A stretch of 63,510 nt of DNA, filler included, from Licmophora abbreviata (lineage: Eukaryota): assembly GCA_900291995.1 (NCBI GenBank). It is 12 parts of 12 records of this genome, joined end to end, with 100 filler letters (N's around TTAATTAATTAA, not from the genome) between each part and the next. Parts side by side here need not be neighbours in the genome. Positions count along the whole stretch, not along the records: positions 2,817 to 15,691 come from OLMU01000575.1; positions 15,792 to 18,744 come from OLMU01000576.1; positions 18,845 to 19,996 come from OLMU01000578.1; positions 20,097 to 22,687 come from OLMU01000579.1; 8 more parts are not named here. One strand, given 5' to 3'. The position numbers and the translations under genes were made by a program. Positions 10,170-21,780 of this stretch are shown piece by piece. The notes under the pieces were generated by a model. The model ran no database searches and had not been told where the DNA came from. It saw nothing but the letters and a program-made list of their open reading frames with translations. Position 1 is the first letter of the stretch. The number at the start of each line of letters is the position of its first letter.

Positions 10170-13100
10170 TCAATTGTCTGGTCCTGGCTCTACTTTCCCA
10201 TTCAAATGCTCCTTGACATCTTTGAACGTCATTTCTGACCAACGATGTTGAGGTCCCAACAGGTCACACAAAGCAAAAGAAGCTAGATGTTGTTTCAAAG
10301 ATTGTCGGGACTCAAGGTTGATGTGTCGATCCTGCTCGTAGGCAAGGCCTTCGTCGGGCACGGCGTCGCCGGCAAGGTCACTTTTCACTACAGTCAATCG
10401 AACGCACTCGTGAATATGCGGGTTAACCGAAGCGTACGGAGTGTGCGACGGAGCCGTAACTCTCCAGTCGAGAGGGCCTAGAATCTTCGCATCTTCCAAC
10501 TGGTTGAGTAAGACTAGGGCCGTTTGGCCTTCGATGTTTTTGATGGGTTCTGGTGGAGGCCCGAGAACCTTGAATTCATTCATTCTTGCGACCACGTCAA
10601 AGTCGAGGCGCTCCCTGTTTGTCGATTTCCGAATCGGTGCTTTGCGCTTCTCTCTCGGTAGAGTGGGATCAAACTTGACCTTCCGCCGTTTCTTGCGTGC
10701 TCGTGCAAATTCGTGGTAGGCTTGCTTGTAATGGACATCTGCAATTGGGAGACGTTTTCCGTTTCCCGATAGAATAGAGTCTCCCATCGTGGCGTGAGCT
10801 ACCTCCATTGGAACTCTCCGTCGACGTGCCTTCCGTGTCGATGCTGCCTCTGCTGGCTCTACCGACGGGGACTGGGTCTGCTTGTTTGACCATGCACTCC
10901 GTGGTCGTGGCACAGATGTCACGAATAGCCTACTCGCCTTTATGCGACGATTTGGTCTCAATTCCGATAGTCGGCTCGAGAATGGCAACGGTGGGTCAAA
11001 AGGGTGCGCGACAGGACGATACACTCTCGACAATACTGTCCAGTAGTGATCCCCTGTCAGGATTCGTCTTCCATGGCGAGTGGAATCCTCATCCTCCAAG
11101 CTTGCTCCTCCGGTGGCATGACTCTCTCCCCTTAGTCCAGAATCGACCAGATGATTCTCGCAAAGAGTTTCGAAATTCTTCATGTCGAAAACGTTGTCTA
11201 CTGCATTCATGGAGGCGGCGTAGAAGGCTTCGACGGTAGAGTTCGAAAGCAAGCTGTACGGTTCCGGAATAAGATTGGCGACCTGTGATGGCAGCGCGGC
11301 AAGACAAGACAGACCAGCGCTTACTGGATGAGAAAACGTCTCACCCAGAAGATCGTCACGTCCGATGGTCTCGTGGCGGTCCGCCGCTCTCTTGAAGAAA
11401 TTGACAATGTCTGTTGCCCCTGGTGCCATTCGCCTCCCGTAGTTGTACGCATAGTCAGAACAGATTCCATCCTGGTACGTCTGTAGGTTCCAGAGCAGTC
11501 CGCCCAGATATGACGAAACATTCGCCGGTGCAGCTTGTTGAATCTGTGTGAGTGGGTACAAAGTGAGTAAGCCGTTTTAAGCGACGAAGGCACAATGCAA
11601 ACGAAGGAATGCGTACCTCCCATGCGTATCCACTACCCGTGATTCCGAGGCTGAACTCATCCTCGTCATCAGCGTCGGCACTGATCTCGTCACCAGTCAG
11701 ATCCTCGAGAGCTAATCGAGCAAGCTCATGTTTGGTATCCTTCATACGAGTGCCAAAGTCATGCCATGTATCGTATGACAGATAGTCTTCGGCTCCCTTG
11801 CGCCCCAGACTTAGACGTACGAGGACTTGCTCTCCCGGAGCATCATCCTCGTCTTCTTCTCCTTCGAAAGAGTCGTCTGAATCGGTATCGTAATTGTCCC
11901 CGTTTGAGCTCTCTTCTTCCACGATATCCTCTCCGTCATCGTCGTCCTCCGGAGAAACTGTTGTCCATCGGACGGGGTGAGGGAGGAAGCCCGACTCGAT
12001 GAGATTGTTCAGCTGTGCCAATGCGGTCGTTCTCTTCAGCGCAGGCGCATTCTGTGAATCCGTCGTTTGACGGAAAAAATTGGGTGGGGCGAGCTGCGCC
12101 AGATGCCGAAAGAAGGCGATACAGAATGGCAAGTTGAACTCAAGCGAATCTGGATCGACCAAAAATGGAGCCTGCGGATGTGCCTTTTTGTCGTCGAGCC
12201 AGACATGAAGCATTCGTAGGTAGGTATGAAAGACCTTGTTGAAGCCGCTGCACCCACGGAGCCGCGGCAAGTAGTCGTTTCCATTCAGAATCAGCAACAG
12301 GACGAGGTCTGTTCGAACGCGCATCATGTCGGAAGCATCAAGTTTCGGTAGAAATTGGGCCAAAGCGCGAGTCGTCTCCCACAAACTGACCGAGAGATAA
12401 CGTTTATTACCGTCCGGCAAAAGGACATGGAGATTATGAGTACTGCTCGGTGGAATAATAAGACCCTCTAGTACGAGATCAGAATCTCCACCAACAATGG
12501 CTATCGATTCGCCGCATCGATTCTTTTGTAGGATCCAGTCGAGCAGCTTCACTTCGCCCTCCCCGTGAACGCGAGACGACGAAATATAAACTCTCACGTT
12601 GGCAAGCCGATTCCGCGGATTTGACATGCGTTGCCATGCCCAGTACAACAACGCCTGCTCTGCCTTGTCCATGAACGCTGTTCCTGGTGTAATACAAAGC
12701 GTCTTTGTTTCAGCAGTATACCGTCGAAGCTTTTTTGCTTCCTGTTGCTTTGAAAGAGAGCGGCCGAATCGCTTTAATTGCTGCTGCTTCCAGTCGGAAC
12801 GGACAATGGTAGAGAATCGCCTCCGTCGCTGTGTCGCAAGCTTGGCCGCACTGGGCGGTCCGTCCATGGCAAGCACCAGAGATCGCTTGGGGGCAGCCAT
12901 TTCGCAAATGGCATCAATTTCCTTCATGAGGAGCGTCAGAGAGTGGCCTTCCGACCGAGATCTTCGCAACGAGACATGCAAGAGCTGATTCATATCCACC
13001 AGAACGTGATCGAACTCATCATAGGCAGAGTCCTTGGGCATGGCGATGATGGCTTCTGGGAACTGCGACTCAAACCAGGAGCGAAAGCCTTTGATTCCAA

Positions 13101-13329
13101 ACAGGACAGTAGCCATATGAGGCGAATTTTCTCTTGAAGAAGAAATCGATAAGCTTCGCCAAGTCCCATGCGGTATCAAAAATGAATGAACCATGTGTAT
13201 TCGAATAAAAGTGGACAGGCACAACAGGAAAAAGCTGAGATTCACTGATGGGTAGTCTGCTCGACGTCGCCGCGTTCGGGCGCTGGTTGTGCAGCGATAA
13301 CGACGCTCGGGCGTCGGGCTCCACGACAT
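10170..13329 (-). CDS. XRN-family 5'-3' exoribonuclease with N-terminal leader; intron 11544..11616
   Basis: GIKGF..W, FDHVLVDMNQLLH, MDGPPSAAK..TQRRRR, ITPGTAFM, GEGEVK, GDSDL, GNDYLP, and Y.GGLLWNL.TY.DG..(YNY..MAP). Splice AWE|IQQ joins the two ORFs. Confidence 0.85.
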
Positions 13330-13714
13330 TGTCGTTTTCTATTTTCCAATACCCAAACGCAAGATTCTTCTCATGAATGTCAATACAAGCGATACAATCG
13401 GGAGCAACGAGTTCAGTCTAGATGTCATGGTCAGTTCATCACATCATGCATGGTCACACTTCAGTCGCGTCGTGCGCGTATTCGCATGCGCGCGACGCGG
13501 CAAAGTCTGATTTCCTCAGTCCTGGCAGCGTTGTCAACCATCGTCCCATCAACCACAGGCGAGAATTTATCCTCTAAGGATGCTGTGGGCAAAGCAGGAA
13601 GCATAAGGAGAGGAAGCAATGGACAGTCTTTTAAAGCTGACATAATAGTAGAGAACTTGCCAGTCAGACATGAGTATGACATGTAGCTACCGGTACCACG
13701 ATCCGCGCGCTTAC

Positions 13715-15622
13715 TCAAAGCAATTCTTCCAAATCAATTTCCATGCACGACGCTGGATACCCAATGTCGAAATTGTCCAAAACCTCCGGATGTAAAATTC
13801 CGAATGTTCCAATTTGCTTCCGGTTCGATCCCCCCGGGGCAGTGAGCAGGATCGACGCCGCTCGTCCCGGAAAGTACGTACCCGCAACTGCATCGCCTCC
13901 TTCCAATTCGGCAATAGTATAAGTCCAACCCTCACGACTCACTCGGAACTTTTCCTCGTCCAACTTGGCAGAGTTCTCAATGTATTCCGTCTCCGGCCCA
14001 ATCTCCGTCAGTGTCATGATACGGTCCACCAAGCCATGGATGATCTCAAATCCTGACTTTGGTCCCGCGTACACGGCACAAATCTTTCGGCGATTCTTGG
14101 CGCCTACGATCGTTTCTGTATCTTCATCCTTGTCGTCCGGCAGTACAACATCACTTATCTCAAACAGTCGAAAGCCAGCTGTAAAGCTGGACGACTTGTT
14201 GTGCTGCAACGTTTTGAGCAAGCCAGGGAGCAGCGTCGTTCGGACAACTTGATATTCCACGTTGGCTGGATTGGAAAGCGAGACCGCTGCTGTGGTGGGT
14301 CGACGGAGCGCTGTAAAGTTATCTCGAATCGAGCAGAGTCCGTGAGTCAGAACTTCAGTGTAACCAGCCCGGGCAATCTCTTCGCGAAGAAGATCTCCAA
14401 GTTGATTGATCGGGACTTCGCCGCCGACCGTGTTCGTCTTGGGGACACGTTTCACAATGTTGTTGTACCCATAGGCAATACCGATATCCTCGGCAATGTC
14501 GACGGGGTGTAGAATATCGCTTCGTGTCGGCGGCACCGTAACTTCCAGAGTCTTGTCATCATCGACGAGTTGTGCTGGACCGAGTTGAATCTTGTTACAG
14601 AGAGTAACCATCTCGGATGCATCAAGAGAAATACCAATAAGACTGTTGCAAAATTCAACCGGTGCTCGTTCCTTTCGTGTCGACATCAATGGTGTATCGT
14701 AAGTCTGAACGATCTCACCCGCCTCGTCTTGATAGTTGACCTTGACGGACTCAACAGTGAAGGGTTCCTTGCAGTACTCGCTAAACATGGAAACGACCGT
14801 ATCCAACACAATGTTCGCTTTTGTGAGATCAGTCGCAGTGCACTCAATAAAGACATTCTTGGTATTGAGGGTAATCTTGCTGTGATGTCCATTGATGATG
14901 GGCGGCAAACTCAACACCACCTCGTTTGAGTCCAAAACGACCGGATAGAGAGGAGAATCCTTGATAATCGGGACATAGGGCTTCAAGTGCTTACAAGAAG
15001 CATCCGTCTCGTAGAATTCCAAGAGCTCGTTCCCTGAAAAGGACTGATCCTCATGAGTAAGCGGACAGAACTGAATGGCGGTCGGATCACGAGCGTCATA
15101 GGCAAAAGGCCCCTTTACGGTATCGAGATCATGCGTACCGATCGCCACGAGAGTCCTAAGACGACAAAGATTGCGATGTAGCTGATCCTGTAAGTCAATG
15201 AAAGACTCGTATCTCTCCTGAGTGAAGGTAATGTCCCTAAGAATGGCACACACGACAAACGGACGAATCCGATCCGTGTTGAGCTTGTTCACTGTGCAGA
15301 CTTCAGAGCCAGGTTTGACTTGATACGTCGGCGCGTCCATATCCCCCAAGAAGACTTTGAGCGCCCGACTGAGACCCTCCACACAAAGAAGATCATATCG
15401 ATTGGCAGGAACGTCAATCTTGTAGACAATGGCTGCCGAATACTCCGCTAGCTGCTTGTCGGAAAGTTTGGCCGTGGCACTCTTCTGAGCCTCCTCTCGT
15501 TCCGACGTGATTTCGTCCAGCTCGACGCCGAATTCGAAACACAGCTCATCAAAGTCATCGTCGCTGTACGTCCGACCTAAATGGCTGTACAGAAGGTCCC
15601 TTTCGACCGCCAACGTTGGCAT
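13715..15622 (-). CDS. FARSB: Phenylalanine-tRNA ligase beta subunit, cytosolic
   Basis: MPTL.V, FDELCFEFGVELDE, ANRYDLLCVEG, QDQLH.NLCR.RTLVAIGTHD, PPTRSDILH, RTTLLPGLLKT, FGILHPEVL. Confidence 0.96.
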   Translation of the reverse strand: MPTLAVERDLLYSHLGRTYSDDDFDELCFEFGVELDEITSEREEAQKSATAKLSDKQLAEYSAAIVYKIDVPANRYDLLCVEGLSRALKVFLGDMDAPTYQVKPGSEVCTVNKLNTDRIRPFVVCAILRDITFTQERYESFIDLQDQLHRNLCRLRTLVAIGTHDLDTVKGPFAYDARDPTAIQFCPLTHEDQSFSGNELLEFYETDASCKHLKPYVPIIKDSPLYPVVLDSNEVVLSLPPIINGHHSKITLNTKNVFIECTATDLTKANIVLDTVVSMFSEYCKEPFTVESVKVNYQDEAGEIVQTYDTPLMSTRKERAPVEFCNSLIGISLDASEMVTLCNKIQLGPAQLVDDDKTLEVTVPPTRSDILHPVDIAEDIGIAYGYNNIVKRVPKTNTVGGEVPINQLGDLLREEIARAGYTEVLTHGLCSIRDNFTALRRPTTAAVSLSNPANVEYQVVRTTLLPGLLKTLQHNKSSSFTAGFRLFEISDVVLPDDKDEDTETIVGAKNRRKICAVYAGPKSGFEIIHGLVDRIMTLTEIGPETEYIENSAKLDEEKFRVSREGWTYTIAELEGGDAVAGTYFPGRAASILLTAPGGSNRKQIGTFGILHPEVLDNFDIGYPASCMEIDLEELL

Positions 15623-15810
15623 CTTGGCTGTTGTTTTTGGAAATAAGCGTGTGTGGCTGAAGCGAATCGAATCAAACAAAAGAAAGGAAAGNNNNNNNNN
15701 NNNNNNNNNNNNNNNNNNNNNNNNNNNNNNNNNNNTTAATTAATTAANNNNNNNNNNNNNNNNNNNNNNNNNNNNNNNNNNNNNNNNNNNNGCCACCCGT
15801 TGAATTCGAA

Positions 15811-16430
15811 ACGTCGAGAGATGAGACGTGCGATTTGATGTCTGCTATCATGGTATCATACGATTTGATGTGTGCTAGTATCACAGGGGAATATTCGATT
15901 GGATACTTAACAACATAGTCGTACAGTACCATCTTCGATGGGAGACGAACCAGCCTGTCTGGTGCGCCACGCTACAAGAGATTACTTGAAAGGTATCAAT
16001 CAACCTTCGATCGGTCAATAGGAGATTCGTCGAACATTGAACATCGTATTGTGTATTCAAATATATATTACTTTGCTACTTGCTGTGTCGAAAGGAGAGT
16101 CGATGACCCTTGGGTTTCACCGTACTTCGATCAGGTACGACGTACCGGTATGTCTCCTGAGCTCCTGCGGTAACTGTATGCACTGTACTCTTCAAAAGTG
16201 CAGACGTCGTGTGATGGTGAGACATGCGATTTGATCTGCTAGAGTATCTTATGATCATTCGATTAGACGCTTAACGACATAGCCGAACCCCCACAATGTA
16301 TGATAGGGGACGAACCAGTCTGCCTGTCGATAAAAAAGAAAGCTTCATTGCTTACGATCAGGAATACAACAACACTCCTCGATCAGTCTCAAGCAACCGC
16401 AAAAGACGGGACGAGTCGATGATGCAACTT
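15811..16430. repeat. Degenerate direct duplication, about 390-nt period
   Basis: GAGAC(G/A)TGCGATTTGAT.., TTCGATT.GA..CTTAAC.ACATAG and GACGAACCAG.CTG.CTG each occur near 15820-15960 and again near 16220-16330. Confidence 0.6.
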
Positions 16431-16488
16431 TCGGACATAATCTGTCGTTTTTTCACAATCAAATTTCCCGATCTCGAATGGCAAGCCG

Positions 16489-17175
16489 CTACTGCTTCTT
16501 TCCCTTGAGCAACAGCTCCTTCGCCTCGTTGATCTTGCCAGCCATGTAGGTCGACCCACCAGTATCAGGATGATTGAGAATTAAGAGCTTCCGATGAGCC
16601 TCCTTAATTCTCTTGGTCGCGCTCGACTCACGAACACCCAGAATGAGAGCAGCTTCCCGGCGAGTCATTGTTTCTTCAAAGCCACCCTCGTAGAATTTTG
16701 AGCCGACTCCAGCGTTGAACCACTTGGTAAATACGTTTTCTCGCTTTCCCTCGGAATTATCATTCTTCTCACCACCGCCCGCCTTTTCGTCTGCCTTCTC
16801 ATCTGCTTTCGGCTCGTCCTCGGGTGGTACTTCCGGACGGTTCGCCTTCCATTCATTGTACGCTTGGACAGCCTGGGCGCCAGCAAAGGATGCCGCCGAG
16901 AGAGTCGCCAATCCCAAGGCAATCGCAGCTGCTCTTTCCGTCCGGGCAGAGGTGTGAAACGAAGAGACCTGAATATTGGGGATGGATCCGACTCGTCCCG
17001 CTTCTCTTCTTCGGTCATCCTCGTCCCATCGCGAGAAGACGGGGCCGGCCAAAGCGTGGTGGAGCGCACCACTGCATGAACGCGAGCGCTGCCCTCGTGG
17101 TGGGCGATAAGCGAGGGATCTCTCCCCTTTTCTGAATAGGACAGTGGAACGATAACGTGTGGGAGATCTCAACAT
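16489..17175 (-). CDS. PAM18: Mitochondrial import motor J-protein PAM18/TIM14-like (start uncertain)
   Basis: [49 protein letters not shown] segment upstream and Arg-rich N-terminus. Confidence 0.9.
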   Translation of the reverse strand: MLRSPTRYRSTVLFRKGERSLAYRPPRGQRSRSCSGALHHALAGPVFSRWDEDDRRREAGRVGSIPNIQVSSFHTSARTERAAAIALGLATLSAASFAGAQAVQAYNEWKANRPEVPPEDEPKADEKADEKAGGGEKNDNSEGKRENVFTKWFNAGVGSKFYEGGFEETMTRREAALILGVRESSATKRIKEAHRKLLILNHPDTGGSTYMAGKINEAKELLLKGKKQ

Positions 17176-17854
17176 GGTCCTTCGTTTCCGCTTTGCCAAG
17201 CACAGAGCAGTCGCACGAATGAGCGTTGTGACTCTATCGTGAGGTGTGGCTACGGTGCCTGGTGCGATATGAGATGGTACAAAGTACAAAGCACGTTCGA
17301 ATGTGTGGCTGAGTGGCCCGTGCGCCGCGGCTCGGGAGGTCAGGACTGAGGACACTCCCGATCGGTGAGTGTTTTTCGTGTAAAGGTTTCAGTCAAAGGT
17401 ATCAAAGCAGCGCTGAAATATGCAAGCTCCGTTGGCGTGGTTACCGCGTGGACGCACCTAGAGACTACTCTGCTACTGTTGTGGGGTCTAGACTACCGGG
17501 TACACAGTACTATAGTTATCATAAGATTCCCCATCCCACGTTGTAAGATTTTCCCTAGAAGTCATGTAGTTTTGAAGCGACGTTCGTGAAGGAAGCAGCT
17601 TATTGAGCACTGCTTGAAGAGTCGACGTCTTGAAAACGGCGAACTATTTGAAATCGTCTGCCATTCGCAATAGACCATCTTGCAGCGCACTGCTGAGGCA
17701 CATAAGAGTCAGTCGATCGTCGTATGTTTCGCTCGTTACGCTAGACAACGTATACAGTAGATATCGTAATTAGTTACGAACGCTTAGAATGACTCGCATA
17801 ATTTCTCGCGTCGTTGCATGCTCGGTTGAACGCCTGGGCGAATCGGAATAACGC

Positions 17855-20800
17855 TCACTGCCGAATGCGTCCCGACTTTCCGCCTTTCGTGGATCCTTGC
17901 TTTCCACCGGTCTTCCCCCCTTTCGTAATCCCCTGTTTCCCGCCGGCCTTCCCCTGCTTTCCTCCTTGAGTACTTCCTACTTTTCCAACGGCCTTTCCGC
18001 CTTTCGTGGATCCTTGCTTTCCAACGGTCTTCCCTCCTTTTGTAATCCCCTGTTTCCCACCGGCCTTCCCCTGCTTTCCTCCTTTAGTACTTCCTTGTTT
18101 GCCCTGTTTTCCTCCCTGAATGTTTGTTTGCTTTCCGCTACTCGTACCCGTTCCTTCAGGTGCCGATTCAATCGTCAATGTGGCGTCATCACAAATTGGT
18201 AGACCAACAACGGCACTACTAACGGCACATGCCGTATTGGGGACAATATTCTCAGAAGCCCCGGCCGTGTAGTCAATGGTGACAACGACCGACTGGAAAG
18301 CCGGAATTGTTACGCTACACACAACTTCTTGACTGAAGCTGTCGGAGCAGTCGCCATCTCCGCTGAGTCGTACTTTGTCGACGACGAGTAGAGGGCTGAC
18401 GGAGTCAGTTACTTCCAAGTCGGTCACAGCGGTTCCCCCAGTGTTGAACACTTCAATTGTGAACGAGTGTGAGGATTCAGTTTGAACTCTTTCTGGGTTG
18501 AAGATCTTTTCGACTTCAAGTGCTAGTGGTTCGGGGGTCGCCAAGTCAGAAGTGGGTGCTTCCACATCACAAGAAGGGGGGCCCGAACCATTCGGCATTG
18601 CGGTGGTGGGAGGGTTGCTTGGCGGTGTCGGAGATGTGGGCGATCCCGTCGGCGGACTAGGTGGAGGTGTGGCAGTGGGTCTCAGGCCTCCCTTAGTAGA
18701 ACCGCCCTGCTTGCCACCCTTCGTATTGGGACCCCCTTTGGTGCNNNNNNNNNNNNNNNNNNNNNNNNNNNNNNNNNNNNNNNNNNNNTTAATTAATTAA
18801 NNNNNNNNNNNNNNNNNNNNNNNNNNNNNNNNNNNNNNNNNNNNACCGGACTTTGGTTTGAAGGCGCGGTAGTAGGAGACCGTTGCCGTGGCAACAGGGT
18901 CACTGTGGCGCCATCACTATTGGAAGCGGTTTTCCCTTCGCTTCCCATCACTTTAACTGTGACTTCACTTCTGATGTTTTCAGAGGCCTCACCACGAATT
19001 TCTCTCTGGAACTTGCAGGTATAGTCACCTCCCTGTTCAATCGTTAAAGGTCCGGACAGATCACAGCTTCCGATGCCATTCAGATCTCCAAGATCATCAG
19101 ACTGTAGACTGGTCACTGTTATTTTGTCGGAGCCGCTGGACGTGTTGACGATCGTTACTATATATGTAACATTGCCCCCAGGCTCCGAGATTGTTGTCGG
19201 CACAGCGGTGTATATGACGTCGACGCGGGGAACCCAGCTTGGCATCTCCGTCGAGGAGACGGTTGGCACCTTGGATGGCTCTGGCGTAGGGCCTGGATTC
19301 GGGGCATGCGTCGGCACTTCCTCCGGAGATGTTGGAACGCACCCCTCGATGGCCGGGCAGAAGCAGATGTAACGAACGCCAACAGAATTCGTCACTGCTA
19401 GCTTCAGGCTAGTTACGTTCTCTTCGTTCACTTCTTCGTCCTGAACCGAGTTGTCGCCGAGGCCGACGATGGGTTTGACCAACAATTCAGTAGTATCTGC
19501 CTTCTCAATCTCAAGGAAGTCCATTGATTCGTTCTCAATGTCCATTAATCCTATAGACAAAAAATGCTCTAGGGCACAGTCAAACGTGAAAGTCATATTT
19601 CCACCATAAGCGTTGTCATCCGGCTCGTCCTTGTCGGACTCCTGGATGATGAGGACGTTTCCCTGTGGCACACAGTTTTCTCCCTGTGCTCCGGGCGCGC
19701 CACCAATACCCTCTCCAGGACCAGCAGGGCTGCAATTCGTATTGGGGGAACCAAGATCAGAGTCCTCTGTGGTGGACAGCGACGTATCAAACACCCGAGC
19801 CATACCATCAGGAGCATAACCGTCATCTGTCGTCACAGATACTTTCATACCATACATACTGAACCACTCCGTTCCAACATAGTCCCCGTGCAGAAGGTCC
19901 TGCCCGCTGGGGATGCTATCGAAATAGAGACAAACAGGGCCACTCTCGCAGACCGGACTCGACGGCGGGATGGATGGATTCAATGCCGACGGGGCCNNNN
20001 NNNNNNNNNNNNNNNNNNNNNNNNNNNNNNNNNNNNNNNNTTAATTAATTAANNNNNNNNNNNNNNNNNNNNNNNNNNNNNNNNNNNNNNNNNNNNGGGG
20101 CTCAGGCGCCTGCGAGGGCGAGCTAGATGGCGAAGGACTTAGCGATTTTGTAGTCTCATCGCAGGGACAGAAACAGATAAACCGAACCCCGCATGAGTTT
20201 GCGATTTTCAATCTGACGGATCTGACGTCGGTCTCATCAATGACTTCTTCCTGAATCGAGTTGTCGCCGAGGCCAATGATCGGTTGGATGATCGGCTCAG
20301 AATCTGTTGACTTGTAGATTTCAATGTAGTCTTTCTCGACTTTGTCGAGATCCATTAGTCCGATCGAGAGAAATTTCTGAGTCGTACAGCGATCGAAACT
20401 AAAAGAGAAGGTTCCACCATATGCGTTATCGTCGGGTTCGACTTTGTCGGACTCCTGAATGATCAAGACATTTCCTTGTGGTTGGCAGTTTTCTCCTTTT
20501 TTGCCAGGTTCGCCACCACTGCCAACTCCGGGACCAGCGGGACTACATTTGGTATTCGGCGCGCCAAGGTCGGCGTCTTCGGTATTGTCGAGAGAAGTAT
20601 CGAAGATCCTAACCTTGCCATCAGGCGTATACCCCCCTTGGTCACTCGCTCCTGATATTGTAAGTCCATACTTGCTGAACCATTCCGTACTCACGTAGTC
20701 ACCATGAGAAATGATTCGACCATCAGGTGCAGAGTCGAAGCTAAGGCAGACTGGTTCGTCGCTCCCACAACGCTCGTCCTCGGGGGCTGTCTGAATCGCT

Positions 20801-21780
20801 GAAGGAGCAGCGACGACGGGCTGCGTTGGACGGATAGGAGATGGAGTGGCAAGAGTTGGTGTTGATGTCGGACTTGGAGTTTTTACATCTTCGGGCTCAC
20901 AGTAACACAGGTACCGAATCGCACCGGAGTACTCAAGCGTGAGTTCGATGGTCTCAACATGATCCGTGTCAATTTCTTCCTTCTGGACAGAGTTATCTCC
21001 AAGACCTTCAATTATCGAGACAATAGACTCGCGCCCTGCAGATCTGTAGATGGTCAGGGAAGCATACTCATTTCCGTCGATATCCATTAGCCCAAGGGCT
21101 ACATCCTTGACGGGCTTCTCGAAAGTGAACGTGAAGGTCCCACCGTGGGCATTGTCGTCTGGCTCTTCCTTGTTCGACTCTTGAATGATCAGAACGTTTC
21201 CTTGTGGTTCACAGTTCTCGCCAGGAGCTCCAGGATTGCCGCCGCTTCCATCCCCTGGGCCGGCAGGGCTACAAAGCTCGTTGGGAGCGCCTAGATCAGA
21301 ATCCTCAGTCTCGTAAAGTGAGGTGTCGAAGATTCGAGCCATACCGTTAGGTGTGTATCCTTTGTTGGTCGCCTTTACTTCAACAGTCACCCCGTTTGAG
21401 GCAAGCCATTCGTATTTGACGTAGTCGCCGTGACCAAGATCCGTACCATTTCCGGTCATGGAGAAGTCTATGCATGTGCGCTGACAGCCCCCTGTAAGGC
21501 GCCGCTTCCCGTCAATCTCAGCGTTTTCGATAAGTCTAGCAATCTGCGTACGGAAACAAAAAAGGATTGCTTAGTACCGAAATAGAAGAGACCAGACCGT
21601 CCAATAGCTTTCATCAATCGACCTCACCTCCATCGGCGGCTGGTTGTTTCCGCTTATTTTGTAGTCTTCCTTGTTGAGGACGAAGTTTCTCAGAGAACGA
21701 AAGAGACCTCCTTCATGGCTGGCGCCGTCGACAAACGCCACTGCCGCGACGGCCAACAGAGCGACAGACAATCTCGTCAT
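17855..21780 (-). CDS. Large secreted modular protein spanning two gaps: signal peptide, 3 repeated ~190-aa domains, 2 Ig-like (DUF11-type) modules, P/S/T linkers, Gly/Lys-rich tail. Intron 21544..21627
   Basis: Leader MTRLSVALLAVAAVAFVDG; splice PME|IARL…KRRLTGG. Domain FDTS..EDSDLG.PN..CSPAGPG…GENC.PQGNVLIIQES.K.EPDDNA.GG occurs three times. All pieces are on the same strand and the gaps fall in P/S/T or GK low-complexity linkers. The single-gene model is an inference. Confidence 0.7.
17870..18130 (-). repeat. Coding tandem repeat (GGKQG/STKGGK units)
   Basis: GGKQGKAGGKQGITKGGKT occurs twice; KQGSTKGGK occurs three times. Confidence 0.85.
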
